The notes below the pieces were generated by a model, which saw only the letters and a list, made by a program, of their open reading frames with translations, made no database searches and was not told the DNA's origin. Position numbers and translations under genes: made by a program. This document shows positions 39,637 through 54,465 of a DNA stretch of 64,000 nt, piece by piece. The DNA comes from Octopus vulgaris (taxonomy: Eukaryota): assembly GCA_951406725.2 (NCBI GenBank), contig OX597828.1, positions 23,436,001 to 23,500,000 on the forward strand. The letters are read 5' to 3'. How positions within the stretch are numbered: the first letter of the stretch is position 1; the number at the start of each line of letters is the position of its first letter.

Positions 39637-40456
39637 GCGAATGTAATTTTGATAAGAATACTCTTAATAATGTTGAAATATTACGAGCTGGCAGGGTAGT
39701 TAACACCACGAGAAAATTGCTTAGCGCACTTTACATTCTGAGTTCAAAACCTGCAGAAGTCGATTTAGTCATTCATCAATCCGGAGTCAATGAAAATAAT
39801 TAACAATTGAGTACTGGGTACGATGTAATCGATTTACCAACTCACCCAAAATTGCTGGCTTTGTGTGCAAGTCTGAAATCGTTTTTAAGACGTCCAAATA
39901 GACAAAATGCTGACCGGTTTTTCGTCTCTCTTAAAGTTTTCAGTTCAAATTTTGCCGAGGTCGACTTAACATTTCACCAATTTCGGGGTCGATTAATATA
40001 AGTATCAGTCGAGCACTGGGATCGATGTTAGTCGACTATGCCTTTTATCCTTTCGGTGATCGATAAAATAAGTACCAGGGGAACAAAGGGGCTGATGTAA
40101 TCGACTTATCCCGTTTCACGAAATTGCTGGCCCTGCGCTAAAAACAGAAGCTAATAAAGATGCAAACAGTAATTCCGGTAAGCAGACTGAATCTTTACAA
40201 CAGCAAAAATGTGCCTTAATTTGTGGTATTTTCTCCGACTCTTTAACGTAAGGGCTTAAAGCACAAGAAATGTTTCGATAAAATAACACTCATTGTGAAA
40301 TAGTTTGATACGTGTCAGTTATTGGGGTTAACGACAATGACTCAAAACCCCTCTTAGAATAGATTGCTTTTTGCCTGAATTATAGAAGAAAAATATGAAC
40401 CGAAATACATACGCCTTTTTAAAATAACAATGTAAGTTGATCAAAACAAAATAGAT

Positions 40457-40878
40457 ATATTTATTTCTTTATTGTCCACAGGGTTCTAAACATAGAGGGG
40501 ACAAACAAGTACAGACAAAGGGATTAAGTCGATTACATCGACTCCAGTGCGTAACTGGTACTTATTTAATCGACCCCAAAAAGATGAAAGGCAAAGTCGA
40601 CCTCGGCGGAATTTGAACTCAGAACGTAGCGGCAGACGAAATACCTATTTCTTTACTACCCATAAGGGGCTAAACACAGAGAGGACAAACAAGGACAGAC
40701 AAATGGATTCAATCGATCATATCGACCCCAGTCCGTAACTGGTGCGTATTTAATCGACCCCGAAAGCATGAAAGGTAAAGTCGACCGCAGCGGAATTTGA
40801 ATTCAGAACGTAACGGCAGACGAACTACCGCTAGGCATTTCGCCCGACGTGCTAACCATTCTGCCAGCTCACCGCCCT
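40457..40878 (-). mobile_element. Family M SINE tandem dimer (period about 184 bp)
   Basis: tatttcttta at 40462 and 40646, with duplicated ggcaaagtcgacctcggcggaatttgaactcagaacg. Confidence 0.85.
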
Positions 40879-40995
40879 CATACAATAGATATACTGAAGG
40901 CAACAACGATGCTTATATTTTAACATGATCCCCCAAATTACCCAGAAGTATATCAACGTGGACAAAAACTCTAGCTTTTCAAAACAGCAAGAAAG

Positions 40996-41410
40996 GCACA
41001 GGAGTGGCTGAGGTAAGTAGCTTGCTAACTAGCCACATGGTTCCGGGTTCAGTCCCACTGCGTGGCATCTTGGGCAAGTGTCTTCTGCTATAGCCCCGGG
41101 CCGACCAATGCCTTGTGAGTGGATTTGGTAGACGGAAACTGAAAGAAGCCTGTCGTATATATGTATCTATATATATGTGTGTGTGCATGTGTTTGTGTGT
41201 CTGTCTTTGTCCCCCTAGCATTGCTTGACAACCGATGCTGGGGTGTTTACGTCCCCGTCACTTAGCCGTTCGGCAAAAGAGACCGATAGAATAAGTACTG
41301 GGCTTACAAAGAATAAGTCCCGGGGTCGATTTGCTCGACTAAAGGCGGTGCTCCAGCATGGCCGCAGTCAAATGACTGAAACAAGTAAAAGAGTAAAGAG
41401 AGTAAAGAGA
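40996..41410 (+). mobile_element. Family O SINE
   Basis: Consensus-like. Confidence 0.92.
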
Positions 41411-41743
41411 GAATATATAAAACTGCTGGAAACTATATAAAGTCTTATCTGAACGATAAAATTAGGGGTATCGTGATTGTATTGAAGGAAGAGTATCATC
41501 GAGATATCTTGGAGGTCTCTAATATCAGTTTTGCTCGACAGAGGGAAGTTAATGGTCCTTGACATATCAGAGTTGCTGATGGATTAACGTGAGATAGCTT
41601 TATATTAAGGATGCACACCACTAATGAAAAGAAAGATCTATACGTTACACATGCTGATATCTATATAAGTGTTAGTGAGTATGTGTGTGTGAATGTGTGA
41701 ATGTGTGCCTGTGCGTATGTGCGTCTATGTGTGTATGTGAACG

Positions 41744-41775
<32 letters not shown>

Positions 41776-41940
41776 TATTACATATATATATATACATATA
41801 CATATGCATATATATGTGTGCGTATATATATATATATATATATATATATAACATGAACATATATTACAGCGTGTGATATGGGTTTATTTAATTAGGCATG
41901 TATTCATTATATTCTATAGGTACGTATATGAAAATCATTC

Positions 41941-41976
<36 letters not shown>

Positions 41977-41979
41977 TAC

Positions 41980-42078
<99 letters not shown>

Positions 42079-42681
42079 CAGACAGGCATACTTATATAGT
42101 TCTATACATATACACTCATGCCACAGAAAAAACACGCAGGTGTACGTACACAGACAGACACACAATTTATCTTAAGTGGAGTATATCTTGTAACATCTGA
42201 TTCATGTGAAGTTGCATACAGAGAAATACAAGGAGCTGAAAGAGTGTTCAAGTAGGCGTTATATCACGTTCATTAAATGATATTAACATAATGAAATAAT
42301 ATTAATAGTATCGAGGCATCACTCGATGGAGCTACAGGGAGTGTAGGGGCCTTACGGCATGTGCACAATGATGGAGTCCTCTTTGCTCGACATGTATATT
42401 TTGATATTATCTTTGATGACATTTGGTTGTCGCTACATGTCGCTATCGGTAGTAGTGGATGGATATTGCACGTAATTCCAAAAGAGGGAGATGGCAGAAA
42501 CATTAGCACACCGGACAAAATGTTAGCTGCGTTTTGTCCGTACTTATGTCCCGTGTTCTACTTCAGTTGAGGTCGACCTTGCCTTTTTCAACTTTTCAGG
42601 GTCGATGAAATAAGTAACTTTCGAGCCCCTTTTTCTAAAATTTAAGAACCTAAGCCTATAGAAGAAGGGGTTTTATATTCT

Positions 42682-43019
42682 AGGCGCAGACGGGGCTGCG
42701 TGATAAGAAGTTTGCTTCCCAATCACATTGTTCCGGGTTCAGATCTATCTCCTGGCACAATGGGCAAATGTATTCTACTATAGCCGCTGACGCCGACCAA
42801 AGACTTGTGAGAGAGTTTGGTAGAAAGAAACTGTTATATGTATGTATATGCACAGGAGTGGCTGTGTGGTTAGTAGCTTGTTTGCCAACCACATGGCTCT
42901 GGGTTCACTCCTACTGTGTGGCACCTTGGGCAAGTGTCTTCTACTATAGCCCCGGGCCGACCAAAGCCTTGTGAGTGGATTTGGTAGACAAAAACTGAAA
43001 GAAGCCCGTCGTATATATG

Positions 43020-43066
<47 letters not shown>

Positions 43067-43255
43067 GTGTGTGTGTTTGTGTGTCTGTGTTTGTCCCCCT
43101 AGCATTGCTTGACAACCGATGCTGGTGTGTTTATGTCCCCGTTTCTTAGCGGTTCGGCAAAAGAGACCGGTAGAATAAGTCCCGGGGTCGAGTTGCTCGA
43201 TTAAAGATGCTGCTCCAGCATGGCCGCAGTCGAATGACTGAAACAAATAAAAGAG
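42682..43255 (+). mobile_element. Two tandem family O SINEs (old partial at 42682, younger at 42850)
   Basis: Two successive heads and bodies in the same orientation. Confidence 0.85.
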
Positions 43256-43269
43256 TATGAGTATATGAG

Positions 43270-43520
43270 AGCACTCTCTCGGTTAAAACGATGAGGATCC
43301 CATCTTGCTCGTGAAATTAACATCCAAGTGGCTGAGTACTCCACAGTTACGCGTACTCTTAAAGTAATTCTCTGGGAGATTCAGCATGACATAGAGTGTA
43401 ACAAGGTTGGCCCTTTGAAATGCAGGTCCTACTCATTTTCGCCAACTGAGTGGACTGGAGCAACGTGAAATAAAGTATCTTGCTCATGGATACAACGCGT
43501 CGGTGATCCGCATACCTAAT
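43270..43520 (-). mobile_element. SINE (type C core, tail B)
   Basis: Reverse-complement similarity to 52860-53177. Confidence 0.75.
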
Positions 43521-43669
43521 ACTAAGTATGCACCTTTGTAAATATATATATATATATGTATACATATATATATACACACACACATATATATATGTATGTA
43601 TGTATATATATATATATATATATACAAATATATATATTATATATATACATGTATATATATATATATGTA

Positions 43670-43733
<64 letters not shown>

Positions 43734-44049
43734 TACCCGCCGCGCATACACACCCACGCCTGCTAAACTCCACTCCATCATATATGAGACACGTCATCAT
43801 TTATATTCCAATTAACAAATCTCCGATATTCCTGCTGTCTCGTTTCGCCATTGTCGTAATTTAGTTTCAGTCAACGTAACTCACCTTTTACGTTCTTACC
43901 AATTAAACGAGTTTGTCTCTTGATTATAATAAATTTAATCTTATTTACAATTTGCCACTGAAATTCAAAAGCTACCGGCAGTAATGCTATTCTAATCGTC
44001 TCTCGTTTTAGTATTTATAATGATAATAATAATAATGATGATAATAATG

Positions 44050-44122
<73 letters not shown>

Positions 44123-44251
44123 AAGATTTCACCATTATCGTAGACGTCCTCCTCCTCATTACCGTTACTACTCTTACTACTACTACTACTACTACTACTA
44201 CTGCAATCATCATAAATATACAAACATATATATATATACATACATACATAC

Positions 44252-44292
<41 letters not shown>

Positions 44293-44337
44293 AACATATT
44301 TATGTATATATATATATTTATGCCCACATACATATAT

Positions 44338-44406
<69 letters not shown>

Positions 44407-44407
<1 letters not shown>

Positions 44408-44509
44408 GAGAGCGTAGGCTGGAAAAGTAAAATACTCTCTCACTTTCCCGAGCGTCAACAAACCTGCTTGTTCATACACCTGTCTTCGTCTTATTTTTCT
44501 GTAATTTTG

Positions 44510-44513
<4 letters not shown>
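44407..44513 (+). mobile_element. Penelope-like terminal fragment in (TA)n, family of 10700-10888
   Basis: gagagcgtaggctggaaaagtaaaatac...cccgagcgt...acacctgtcttcgtctt. Confidence 0.55.
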
Positions 44514-44574
<61 letters not shown>

Positions 44575-45021
44575 GTTCGTGTGTACGTGTTTCTATGCAT
44601 GTATGTATGACGATAATAATACTGTATTGATGACGAGACGATGGCGGCGATAACGATGATGATGTCGATGAAGACTGTAACGATGTTTGATCAAGATCAC
44701 GTATAGCATGACACCGATGACAGCGAACTCGATGGATGCTTGCTTTCGCAAAGATGGTGAAAGCTTTTATATTGCTATTGAAACATTAAGTATATTTTTG
44801 TGACGATATGTTTATTGTGCAACGGAAACGTTGCTAGAGTTTTTAAAGAATATATATATATATATATATAATAGAAATATTAAAATTACTAAGTCTCTCT
44901 AAAGGAGATTACGGCAGCGTTATTGGATATTAATAGTTATCGCCATACTAATATGGCAGTCTATAAATATAAGACTAAAGCTGTCGCTGATTAGCTCCAA
45001 GAAGCCATCGCCTCTAGCTAG

Positions 45022-45094
<73 letters not shown>

Positions 45095-46227
45095 TAGGTT
45101 AGCTCATTTTAAATTCGTGAGTTCGATTCATCTTCCTTGTTGGATTTCGAAATTTTAATCAGTGAATTTATGAGATGAAATCCACTGAAAATCTTGGAGT
45201 GTATAAAGACGTATACTTAATGTTAGCATAATGGTTTTTCTATAGTGATTTTGCTGGTATGTTTGTTGTATTCTGCTGAGCGAGTAAAGTAGACAGACAG
45301 TTGAGAATGATTCTTCTTTTTCAATATCAAATAGTATAACGGAAAATTCCACAAACCTTTGCGTAAAGAGCGTCACTATCTAAACGTCTATGGTCACATT
45401 TTCTCCGTTTTCTTGGTGAGGGAATTATGGTTTTTTCCCCGAGGACTTTATCTTTTCTACTTGTAATGTTTTCTCTTCTTTTCTTACTGTAAAAAATGTT
45501 GTTAATAAGTCCATTTACAAAAAAGAGCCTCACAAAATTAAAAAGTTAATTTAAATATATAATATTCTCTACATCATGTATTACTCGTCCTCTTCCTCAT
45601 AAAACGTGTTTTGAAGATTGCTTCGTAAAACTCATATTATTCGTCTTTCATTATTAGATTTAATTTTAAAATATGGTGGCTTAAAATTAACTAGACCAAA
45701 AGTATGATATTTCACAATATAATTGTCAGAAGCAAATTGTTTTCGTAAATCATTGGTATTCAAACATTCTTTAAAATACCTTTTATTACGGGCAAACGTA
45801 AGTGTGTCTATATTTTAGTTTTATTTTCAAAAACTGGGAGCCAAATCATATTTGAATCACACTCTGCCTTTCTAAAAATGGAAGGCAACAAGATAATGCA
45901 ATACTAAACACAATGTCTGAGAAAAATAAGATAGTATTGACTGGTATTGATCGTCTTCGATTATTTTCTATTCATTTAGATTTGAACTGTGAATAAAAAA
46001 AACGGCAAGGTTTTTAATAAGAATAGTAATACCAATAACAGCAACAAAGCCAAAACTTATATTACGCCATTAGTGTGCGAGAATTAACGAGAAAATCTTT
46101 ATGAAATCACACTCAGCAGATTTTAGAACCTGGCTGAATACGTTGATGTGTGTGTGTGAGTACACACACATATATATAATCATATAAATATACATATATA
46201 TATATGTCTGTGTGTCTGTGTGTGTAC

Positions 46228-46302
<75 letters not shown>

Positions 46303-47210
46303 CATAAACGTGAGGGTGGTCGTAGCTGGAACGTCATCAATCATTTATCTATTTGAACAACATTAATTAATCAATATGTTTCAAGCACAGTAAGACTGAC
46401 AATACAGATTGTTGTCCAGCAATGATTCCTTGCAGGCTCCTAATCTTCTAAATACTTAATTTATCAGTCCTTATCTGAGCAACATCAAAATCAAATACAC
46501 TTAATTAAATATACTTATAATCGTGTATCGATAATTTGTTTCGATTCTTATTCTACAGTTTGGGGTTTTCGTTTTTTTATGAAGAATTCAATGTTACATG
46601 TTACCTATTTCTTCTGTTTGTAATATTTTCCATATTACACTTTGAATGGATTCGGTTATTTGACTGCGATGTTTAATTGATCACATCAAGTTTCTCCTCA
46701 CATGGAGTGCCTAGCGCCTGTAGTGACTAACAAACCTCAGACTGATCACTGACCGAGTTATTTAAAATATCTGTTTATCACAGAGTTTTATTGTATTTAC
46801 TTAATGGTTCATAGACGATATCGTTCTTTTCGTTTTCTCTAAATTCTACCTAATTGACATTATGTTACTGTACCGCTTTGTTGTGAGTTGGCAGCTCGTT
46901 TGTTAGCATTAATAGTCAGTGCGGCGTCTTGCTTGTCACAGTGTTAATTGCAACTGGGTCGCCACTTTTATCTCCAATATTATTACGCCATCTGATATTT
47001 ACACGGTCTGCAATTCAGGCTAAGTTGTTGTATTTTTTATTTTTGTCGAGGTGAATTTGTTCAGGTGTCTGCAGTGTGATAATATTTCGTTTCTGGTGTT
47101 GAGTAAACGCAAACGGTGCGTAGTAACGAAGCAGTTTGTGTGCACCAATTATTGAGTACCATGTTCCAATTTTGTTTGCAAAGCGTAACAAATGAATATA
47201 TATATATATG

Positions 47211-47241
<31 letters not shown>

Positions 47242-47584
47242 CTGTGTGTCTGTGTTGGTAGGTGCGCGTGTCTGTACTTATAGGCGCATGTGTTTACGGA
47301 AGTTTGAAGGTGTTTGTGTGTGTGTATGTGAGTGTGTATGGATGTGCTAATATATGTTTGTACGTGTAAGGTTGTGTGTGTGTGTGTGTGTGTGTGTGCA
47401 TGTTTTTTATGCGCATGCGCTCGCACATGCTTGAATGCGTGTACGAAATTCATCCAACACCCTAAAAGACACTTCTTCACCTTTCATTGGGATGAAATGC
47501 AAAATTTGAAAGAGTGAGTGTATGTTTATTTGTATGACTATATGTATTTATGTATGCATGCATGTATGTATGTATGTATGTATA

Positions 47585-47671
<87 letters not shown>

Positions 47672-48161
47672 GTACGCAGGGCTCTGTATTCAGTCTCACT
47701 GGGTGCAGCCTTGGGCGAGTATCTCTTACTATCTTTCCCAGCTAATCAAAACCTTGCGAACGGATTTGGTAGGCAAAAAGTGAAAACCCATCGTATGTAT
47801 ATATAAATGTGTGTGTGTGTGTGCGTTTGTGTGTATGTGAGTGTGTATGTGAGTGTGTGTGTGTGCGTTTGTGTGTATGTGAATGTGTGTGTGAGTGTGT
47901 GTGTGTGCGCGCATGCGTTTAGGCTATGTCTATGCGCATATACATGTATTTCGGTTTGGAATATTTTACTTCCTATACTCTTCGGAAAACTTTTAACTGT
48001 ATTCTTTATATTTTGCATAATTTTGTGCGCATGCACATACATATACTCTTTCAGTCCCTCTTTCTCTTTCTCTCTCTCCCTCTCTCTCTCCCTTCTTTTC
48101 TCTCTGTGTCTCTTCTTTTTTCTCTCCCTGTCTGCCTATCTGTCTGACTGTCGCTGTCGTT

Positions 48162-48210
<49 letters not shown>

Positions 48211-48258
48211 TCTCTCTGTATTCACAAATACCCACTCACAGTCACACATTCACACTGA

Positions 48259-48320
<62 letters not shown>

Positions 48321-48455
48321 CACACCCATATATACTTGGCAATGTTTATTTCTATGGTCAGTTATAATGATGACTTAATTGGCCGAATCTTCGAAGTCAC
48401 TGTCAATATTCTTGTTTAAGAATAATAACAATCTAAATCCCAATTTACATCCATG

Positions 48456-48517
<62 letters not shown>

Positions 48518-48530
48518 CTTCTATCTCTCT

Positions 48531-48583
<53 letters not shown>

Positions 48584-49470
48584 CCTGTCAGGTGGTGCTA
48601 TTAAGTTAGACATGGCCTGGACCAGTCTTTGGTCGAAACATATCTAAGTTATCTAAGTATATGTCTATCTATCTATCTACCTACCAACATATTTATATAT
48701 ATATGTCTATCGACCTATCTGTTAATCTACCAATATATATATATATATATATATATATTTGTCTATGTATGTATGTATCTATCGATCTACGTATGTGTAT
48801 GTATGTATGAATGTATGTATGTATGTATGTATGTATGTATGTATATATGTATGCATGCATAACGAGTAGCGGCAGAAACAGAGATGGAGTGAGAGTGAGA
48901 AAGAGTGGTGGGTTGACTTCAGTTTGTATACGTATACACATACGTAATCTATTTCTTTCACCTTTTTCTTTTTTCGTTTCTCCTCAAATAAACATAATAA
49001 TAATCATTTATTGGTAACAGGTAAAAACATATATATTTATACAAATATTTGTAAATTACAAATATTTATAAAACTATAAATATAACATATTCTTTTCTCT
49101 CGTTGAAAATTTAGACAATCATCGTATTCTCGTTATTTCATTTATCAAACTTCATTTATATTGCTATTTGTTTTAATAAATTAAACTAAACATATTAAGA
49201 TTTTTTGCAAACATACAAAGCAAAAGTAGGAAAAAAAAGCGAGAATAAAAGACAGGACAACGTTAGTGATGTGTCTGGTTGCACTAAATGTGAAAAAAAA
49301 TTAATCACTAGAATAATAATTATTTGTTTATTACTTGCAATTATTGATTAACTTTTATTTAATATATAATTTTTTTTGTATTGAGTTTTTTTAATTTAAA
49401 ATTATTTTTGTTATCAATTTTTATTTCGCCAATATTTTCTTTTTGTCGTTATTCAATTTTTTTTAATTAG

Positions 49471-49493
49471 ATTTTGTTCCAATTTAAACCATG
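49471..49493 (+). CDS. Candidate 23-nt microexon upstream of the collagen exons
   Basis: Poly-T acceptor ttttttttaattag and consensus donor G|gtaagt. One frame reads FCSNLNH plus G and splices in phase 1 onto GVKGEK. Confidence 0.5.
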
Positions 49494-49918
49494 GTAAGTT
49501 AAGCATGATACCAAAATTTGGCTCAAACCTCGAATATTTAAGACATTAAATAGCAGAAAAGAATATTAAAAAATAAATTGATAAATTAATATAACAAGGA
49601 AATCATTTCAGATTAATTATAGATTTAATTTTATTTAATTTTATTTTAATGTAAATTTAAATATATTACGTTTCTCGTTTACTAATTGGCTGCAGTCTAG
49701 CGAGGGCCATGTAAGGTCATGTATAACCAAAGGTTAGCTGAAGTGGCATCAACATTTCTTGTTTTCGATTGTCGATCGAACTAGAACTGTCCTACAGATA
49801 TCACAAATATAAGCGTGACCTAGTACTTAGAGGACTAAGCTCACTATCAAGATAGTTTTGCTTCAATTCTTTATCCAAACGGCGCTTAAAAATAATAATA
49901 ATAATAATGATGATGATG

Positions 49919-49971
<53 letters not shown>

Positions 49972-50104
49972 CACTCGGCAAGTGATTGGACAAACATGAA
50001 GATTACAAAAGAAAAAAGAAAGAGAAAAAAGAAAAGGAAAAAGAAAAGAAAAGAAGAATATTTAATGAAGCAGTTTTGTATAAATACGAAATTCGCCCGC
50101 TACA

Positions 50105-50490
50105 TTATTCATCCCAGACATATTGCTCCTCTTGCATTTTGAGGACTGGATGTGTAGCAGATTCAGAATATTTTCTGAGAAGATGCGCTTTCAGGTTTTT
50201 TTCCAAAATTGCAGCCGCTTGATGTAAAATGTTCGGCAAGTTCAGTCGAACTGCTGTTGTTGTGCCGGACTCCATATCTGCGCCCATTGAATCTTTTGTC
50301 TTATTGTTCTGTTGTACAAACAACATACATCAAGTTGTGCTTGGTGCATTCTGCTGCGTACACCAAATGGAAATCTCTACACGTCCTAGCTTCCGTGCAA
50401 GTCATAATATTTGTTATGACTCCTGATGAAATTCTCTTGACTCATGTTGTTCCACAATGAAAAGGGCTTATATCTCTTGTGGCTGTTTTT
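50105..50490 (-). pseudogene. Decayed GIY-YIG endonuclease of a Penelope-like element
   Basis: Minus frame TCRDFHLVYAAECTKHNLMYVVCTTEQ*DKRFNGRRYGVRHNNSSSTELAEHFTSSGCNF matches the VY..C...YVG.T...RF..H...LAEHF pattern. Contains stops and a frameshift. Confidence 0.8.
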
Positions 50491-50678
50491 CAAGGTACAG
50501 TGTGCAGAAACTCCAATTATACTCTACTTGTGACACCAAGAAAAATAACATTGGAGTTACCCCGAAAGGGTGAATGGCAAAGTTGAACTCGGCAAAATTT
50601 TTACTGAAAACGTAGCGACAGGCGGAATACCGCCTAGTTTTTCGTCCAGCGGGCTAAATATTCTACCAGCGTGACACC

Positions 50679-50740
<62 letters not shown>

Positions 50741-51127
50741 CCTTAAAAAAAAAAAAATTTTAAATGAACGTACTATTGAGTTTGGTTTAATGGCCTACCA
50801 ATGTATACTATGAGTTTCATTGCCCTAGGAGTCGGGAAGGCGCTCGGCAAGAAATGGAAGCAAATTTGAAAGAAGAAGAAAAACAAAATAATAATAATAA
50901 TCCTTTCTACTGGAGGCACAAGGCCCCAGATTTGTAGGATGAGGACTAGTCGATTATACCGACCCTAGTGATTCACTGGTACTTAATTTATCAATCCCCG
51001 AAAGGATGAAAAGCAAAGTCAACCTCGGCGAAACTTGAACTCAGAACGTAGCAGCAGACGAAATGCCGCTAAGCATTTCGTCCAGCGGGCTAAATATTTT
51101 GCCAGTTTCCCGCCTTAATAATAATCC

Positions 51128-52400
51128 TCAACAGTTATTGTCAACGGGGCATGCTGTGTCGATTATCATACATGTTCTTTCCTTTTTTATCCACCACAAC
51201 AATGTCCGGTTTCCGATGTCTAGTCGGGTGATCGCTCTGGATCTTAGCATCCCACATGATTTTGCAGTTCTCATTTCCGGTGACTTCTGGATTTTTCTCA
51301 TACCACGACTTTGCTCTTTGTAGGCAGTGGTTTCCACAGAACTCCGAATGGATCATTATTGTCACATTGTCATGGCAGCTTGTGTATTTGCATCGTGACA
51401 GTTTCGCACATTCGCTAACGATGTTTCATACCGTTTCACCCCTCTCATCGCACATTCTGTCGCTATCGGTAGTGTTGTCTATTCTGCACTTAATATAGTT
51501 GGGCCTTAACGCTTGTTCCTGAGCTGCGCACACGAGTCTCTATCTTCGGGTCACTCCTCCTCATCCATAGACACCGGTTGTCTGTATCTGTCTTGGCGTT
51601 CACATCTCTTGCAAACTGACCGTACATTTTCTTTTCTGTCCATACTTTTTCTTTTCCATTTTAAATTTAGTTAAACAATTTTCAGTTTTAATGAGACGGG
51701 CTTTGTGTGTTTTAACAGTGGCTCCCACAGTATTTTTTTATATACCACACTAAGCTGCTTTCCTCTTCTTCGATACAGTCATAGCAACTGATCAAACTTC
51801 TCCAATCCTTTCCTCTGGACAAGTACAGCCTATCGATGTCACTCTTACGGTGGAAGGTTCCATGTACTGTCAACATTTTCTGTTGTTGGTATCAATTTTC
51901 TTCACTTTCCTCTGTTGCCATTTCATAATTCCCTCTCCATACTGAACTGATGCTATCGCCCAAGTATTAACGGCGTGGATTTTATTCCCATCCAATCAAT
52001 TTTGAGCGCAACACCAACCTCTGTCTTCGGAAATACTCCATCGTCAATTATCTTTTCCATTATCTCGTTGAACTCCAATACACCAAGATATTGATATACT
52101 TCCGTTTCAATTTGTTTAATCAAGCCTCTATTCGGTAATTCTATCCCTACTAGAGTCTCTACCTCGCTTCTTTTTAGGTAGATTACTGTGCACTTCTTGA
52201 GTCGCGATTCTATTCTAATATCAGCACTAAAACAGTGGGCCGTGTTCACCAAAAAACTCACTTATGTCTCATCTTAGCCGTACAGTTTCAAATCATTCAT
52301 GAAGAGGAGGTGGCTGATTGCTTGGGACTTTCCCTATAGTTTATTTTCCTATGTACCAAAGTCAGGGGTATCATGCAGAGAACAAAAAGCAACGGAGATA
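51128..52400 (-). pseudogene. Decayed R4/Dong-clade ORF fragment (RT C-half, CCHC knuckle, start of RLE)
   Basis: SPLLFVLCMIPL, ISHLLFMNDLKLYG, YQYLGVLE, AAQEQALRPNYIK, ETV*NIVSEC, HDNV, SWYE, MWDAKIQSDHPTRHRKPDIVVVDK. Confidence 0.9.
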
Positions 52401-52513
52401 TTTACTGTGGCAAAATTTGAAACCATTATTATTATTGTTGTTGTTCTTGTCTTTGTTCTTCTTACTACTACCACCACTACTACTAATTATGCAATTGTTT
52501 TTCTATTTTCAAG

Positions 52514-52630
52514 GAGTAAAAGGCGAAAAAGGTGACAAAGGTAACATCGGAACAAAAGGTGAGCCAGGTGAATCAGGACTTCATGGCTTAACAGGTCCTC
52601 AAGGCCCCTCAGGTCCTCGAGGACCTAAAG
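52514..52630 (+). CDS. Collagen triple-helix exon (13 Gly-X-Y triplets) of a collagen-domain gene
   Basis: Acceptor ttctattttcaag and donor gtacgt. 117 bp with a split Gly codon at both ends (phase 1/1). Reads GVK GEK GDK GNI GTK GEP GES GLH GLT GPQ GPS GPR GPK. Confidence 0.93.
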
Positions 52631-52772
52631 GTACGTATAATGAAGTATATAGTGACATGTAACGAAACTTAATCCTTCGTACCCGTCTCTCTAATCATGC
52701 ATTATCATAAATACTCGACGCTAAGACAAACGCACAAATATACATATAACTATACGTATGAATATATGTATG

Positions 52773-52832
<60 letters not shown>

Positions 52833-52859
52833 GAGATAGATACACATCTAAGCATACAT

Positions 52860-53177
52860 ACGTGGTTTAGTGCCTATGGTAGTGGGTTGACAACCGTAAG
52901 GTCATGAGTTTGATGCCTGGCTGTGCTTTTTGTCCTTGAGCGAGACATTTTATTTCACTTTGCTCCAGTCCACTCAGCTGCCGAAAATGAGCTGTACCTG
53001 TATTTTAAGATATCAGCCTTCGTACCCTTTTTGTTACGCTGAATTTCCCTGATAACTACGTTAAGGGTACACGTGTCTGTGGAGTACTCAGCCACTTGCA
53101 CGTTGATATAACGAGCAAACACTTCCGTTGATCAGATCACCTGGGACCCTCGTTGTTGTAACTGACGGAGTACCAGT
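52860..53177 (+). mobile_element. tRNA-derived SINE (type C core, tail B), intronic
   Basis: Core gtccttgagcgagacattttatttcac plus the tail shared with 15518-15905. Confidence 0.8.
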
Positions 53178-53335
53178 ATGTGTATGTGTGTACGTATGTA
53201 TGTATGTGTGTATGTATGTATGTATGTATGTATGTATGTATGTATATATGCATTCATGCATGCAAGGATGCATGCATGTATGTAGGTAGGTAGGTATGTA
53301 TGTATGTATGTATGTAGGTAGGTAGGTAGGTAGGT

Positions 53336-53750
53336 ACTGGATCATCCCATAATTAAGGTAGTTTTTGCAATTGCATAAACTACTAGTCGGAGGGGGACGG
53401 GATAAACTACCTGCATCAACTTGCTATTAAAGCAGGTAGTAATTTTGCCCCGTCTTTATTATAGTGCAAGTTCAATTCTAACAGTTATTTTTTCAAAGCT
53501 ATAATGGACAAAGCAGCATATTTTGCTTTATGAGTTCAATAAAGGCAACAACGCAACAACGGAGATCTGACAATAAATGTAAGCTAGTGTCAACGGCGGT
53601 TCCAGAAATTCTGAGCCGGAAACTACAGCCTAGAAGACGAACCGAATTCTGGAAGATCTGTAGAGCTCGACAAGAGGACGTCCTTCAAACCCTGGTGGAA
53701 CAAAATCCCAGCGTAACTGTTGAGGAACTAGCAGAGATGCATGGATTTGG
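53336..53750 (+). mobile_element. mariner-like transposon 5' fragment
   Basis: HILLYEFNKGNNAT, CQRRFQKF, SLEDEPNSGRSVELD and LVEQNPSVTVEELAE (HTH region), frameshifted. Confidence 0.8.
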
Positions 53751-54302
53751 TATTTACTTAATTCTGAAACATCTTTGGCCAGATATGTGGTACCACATAA
53801 GAAAAGAAGTTATAGTATGCAGCATTTTTAAGAAAGAATACCATGCAACAATGGAACATGCAGATGGAAGTTTAGCATTGCGGAAATATATCATATATTG
53901 CGGGCAAATCCCTAAGTATTTTGAGACAAAAACCTAAACAAATGGGTTACTTTGACCGACTTCGCTTTCTAAAAAGTTTTCGACTGTAGAATTCGAGAAC
54001 CAGATATATTTTAAGCTTTACATTCTTTCAGAAATAATTTGTTTTTATCCTGAGAAATATCTACTTCAATGCGGGAATCTATTTTATATAACAACCAGTC
54101 CTTCAAATATATCATCTCTTAATGAACAATGAATACCGCGTAAAAACTTTTTCCCAAGAATACCAGCAGAAATAAATATGTATATATAGGTATAATTTTG
54201 TGCTCTCGTAAAGCGGATGTAGACACACACATACATGCATACATATGAGTGTGTCTACAGACAGACAGAAAGATAGATAAATAGATAGATAGATAGAGAG
54301 AT

Positions 54303-54337
<35 letters not shown>

Positions 54338-54465
54338 TAGACAGATAGATAGAGAGAGAGAGAGAGAGACAAAAAAGAGGGAGAGAGAAATACTAATATA
54401 TAAAAAGACTACGCTCACTATCATATTACACGTATACACATAATCACAATCTTTATTTGTTTTAG

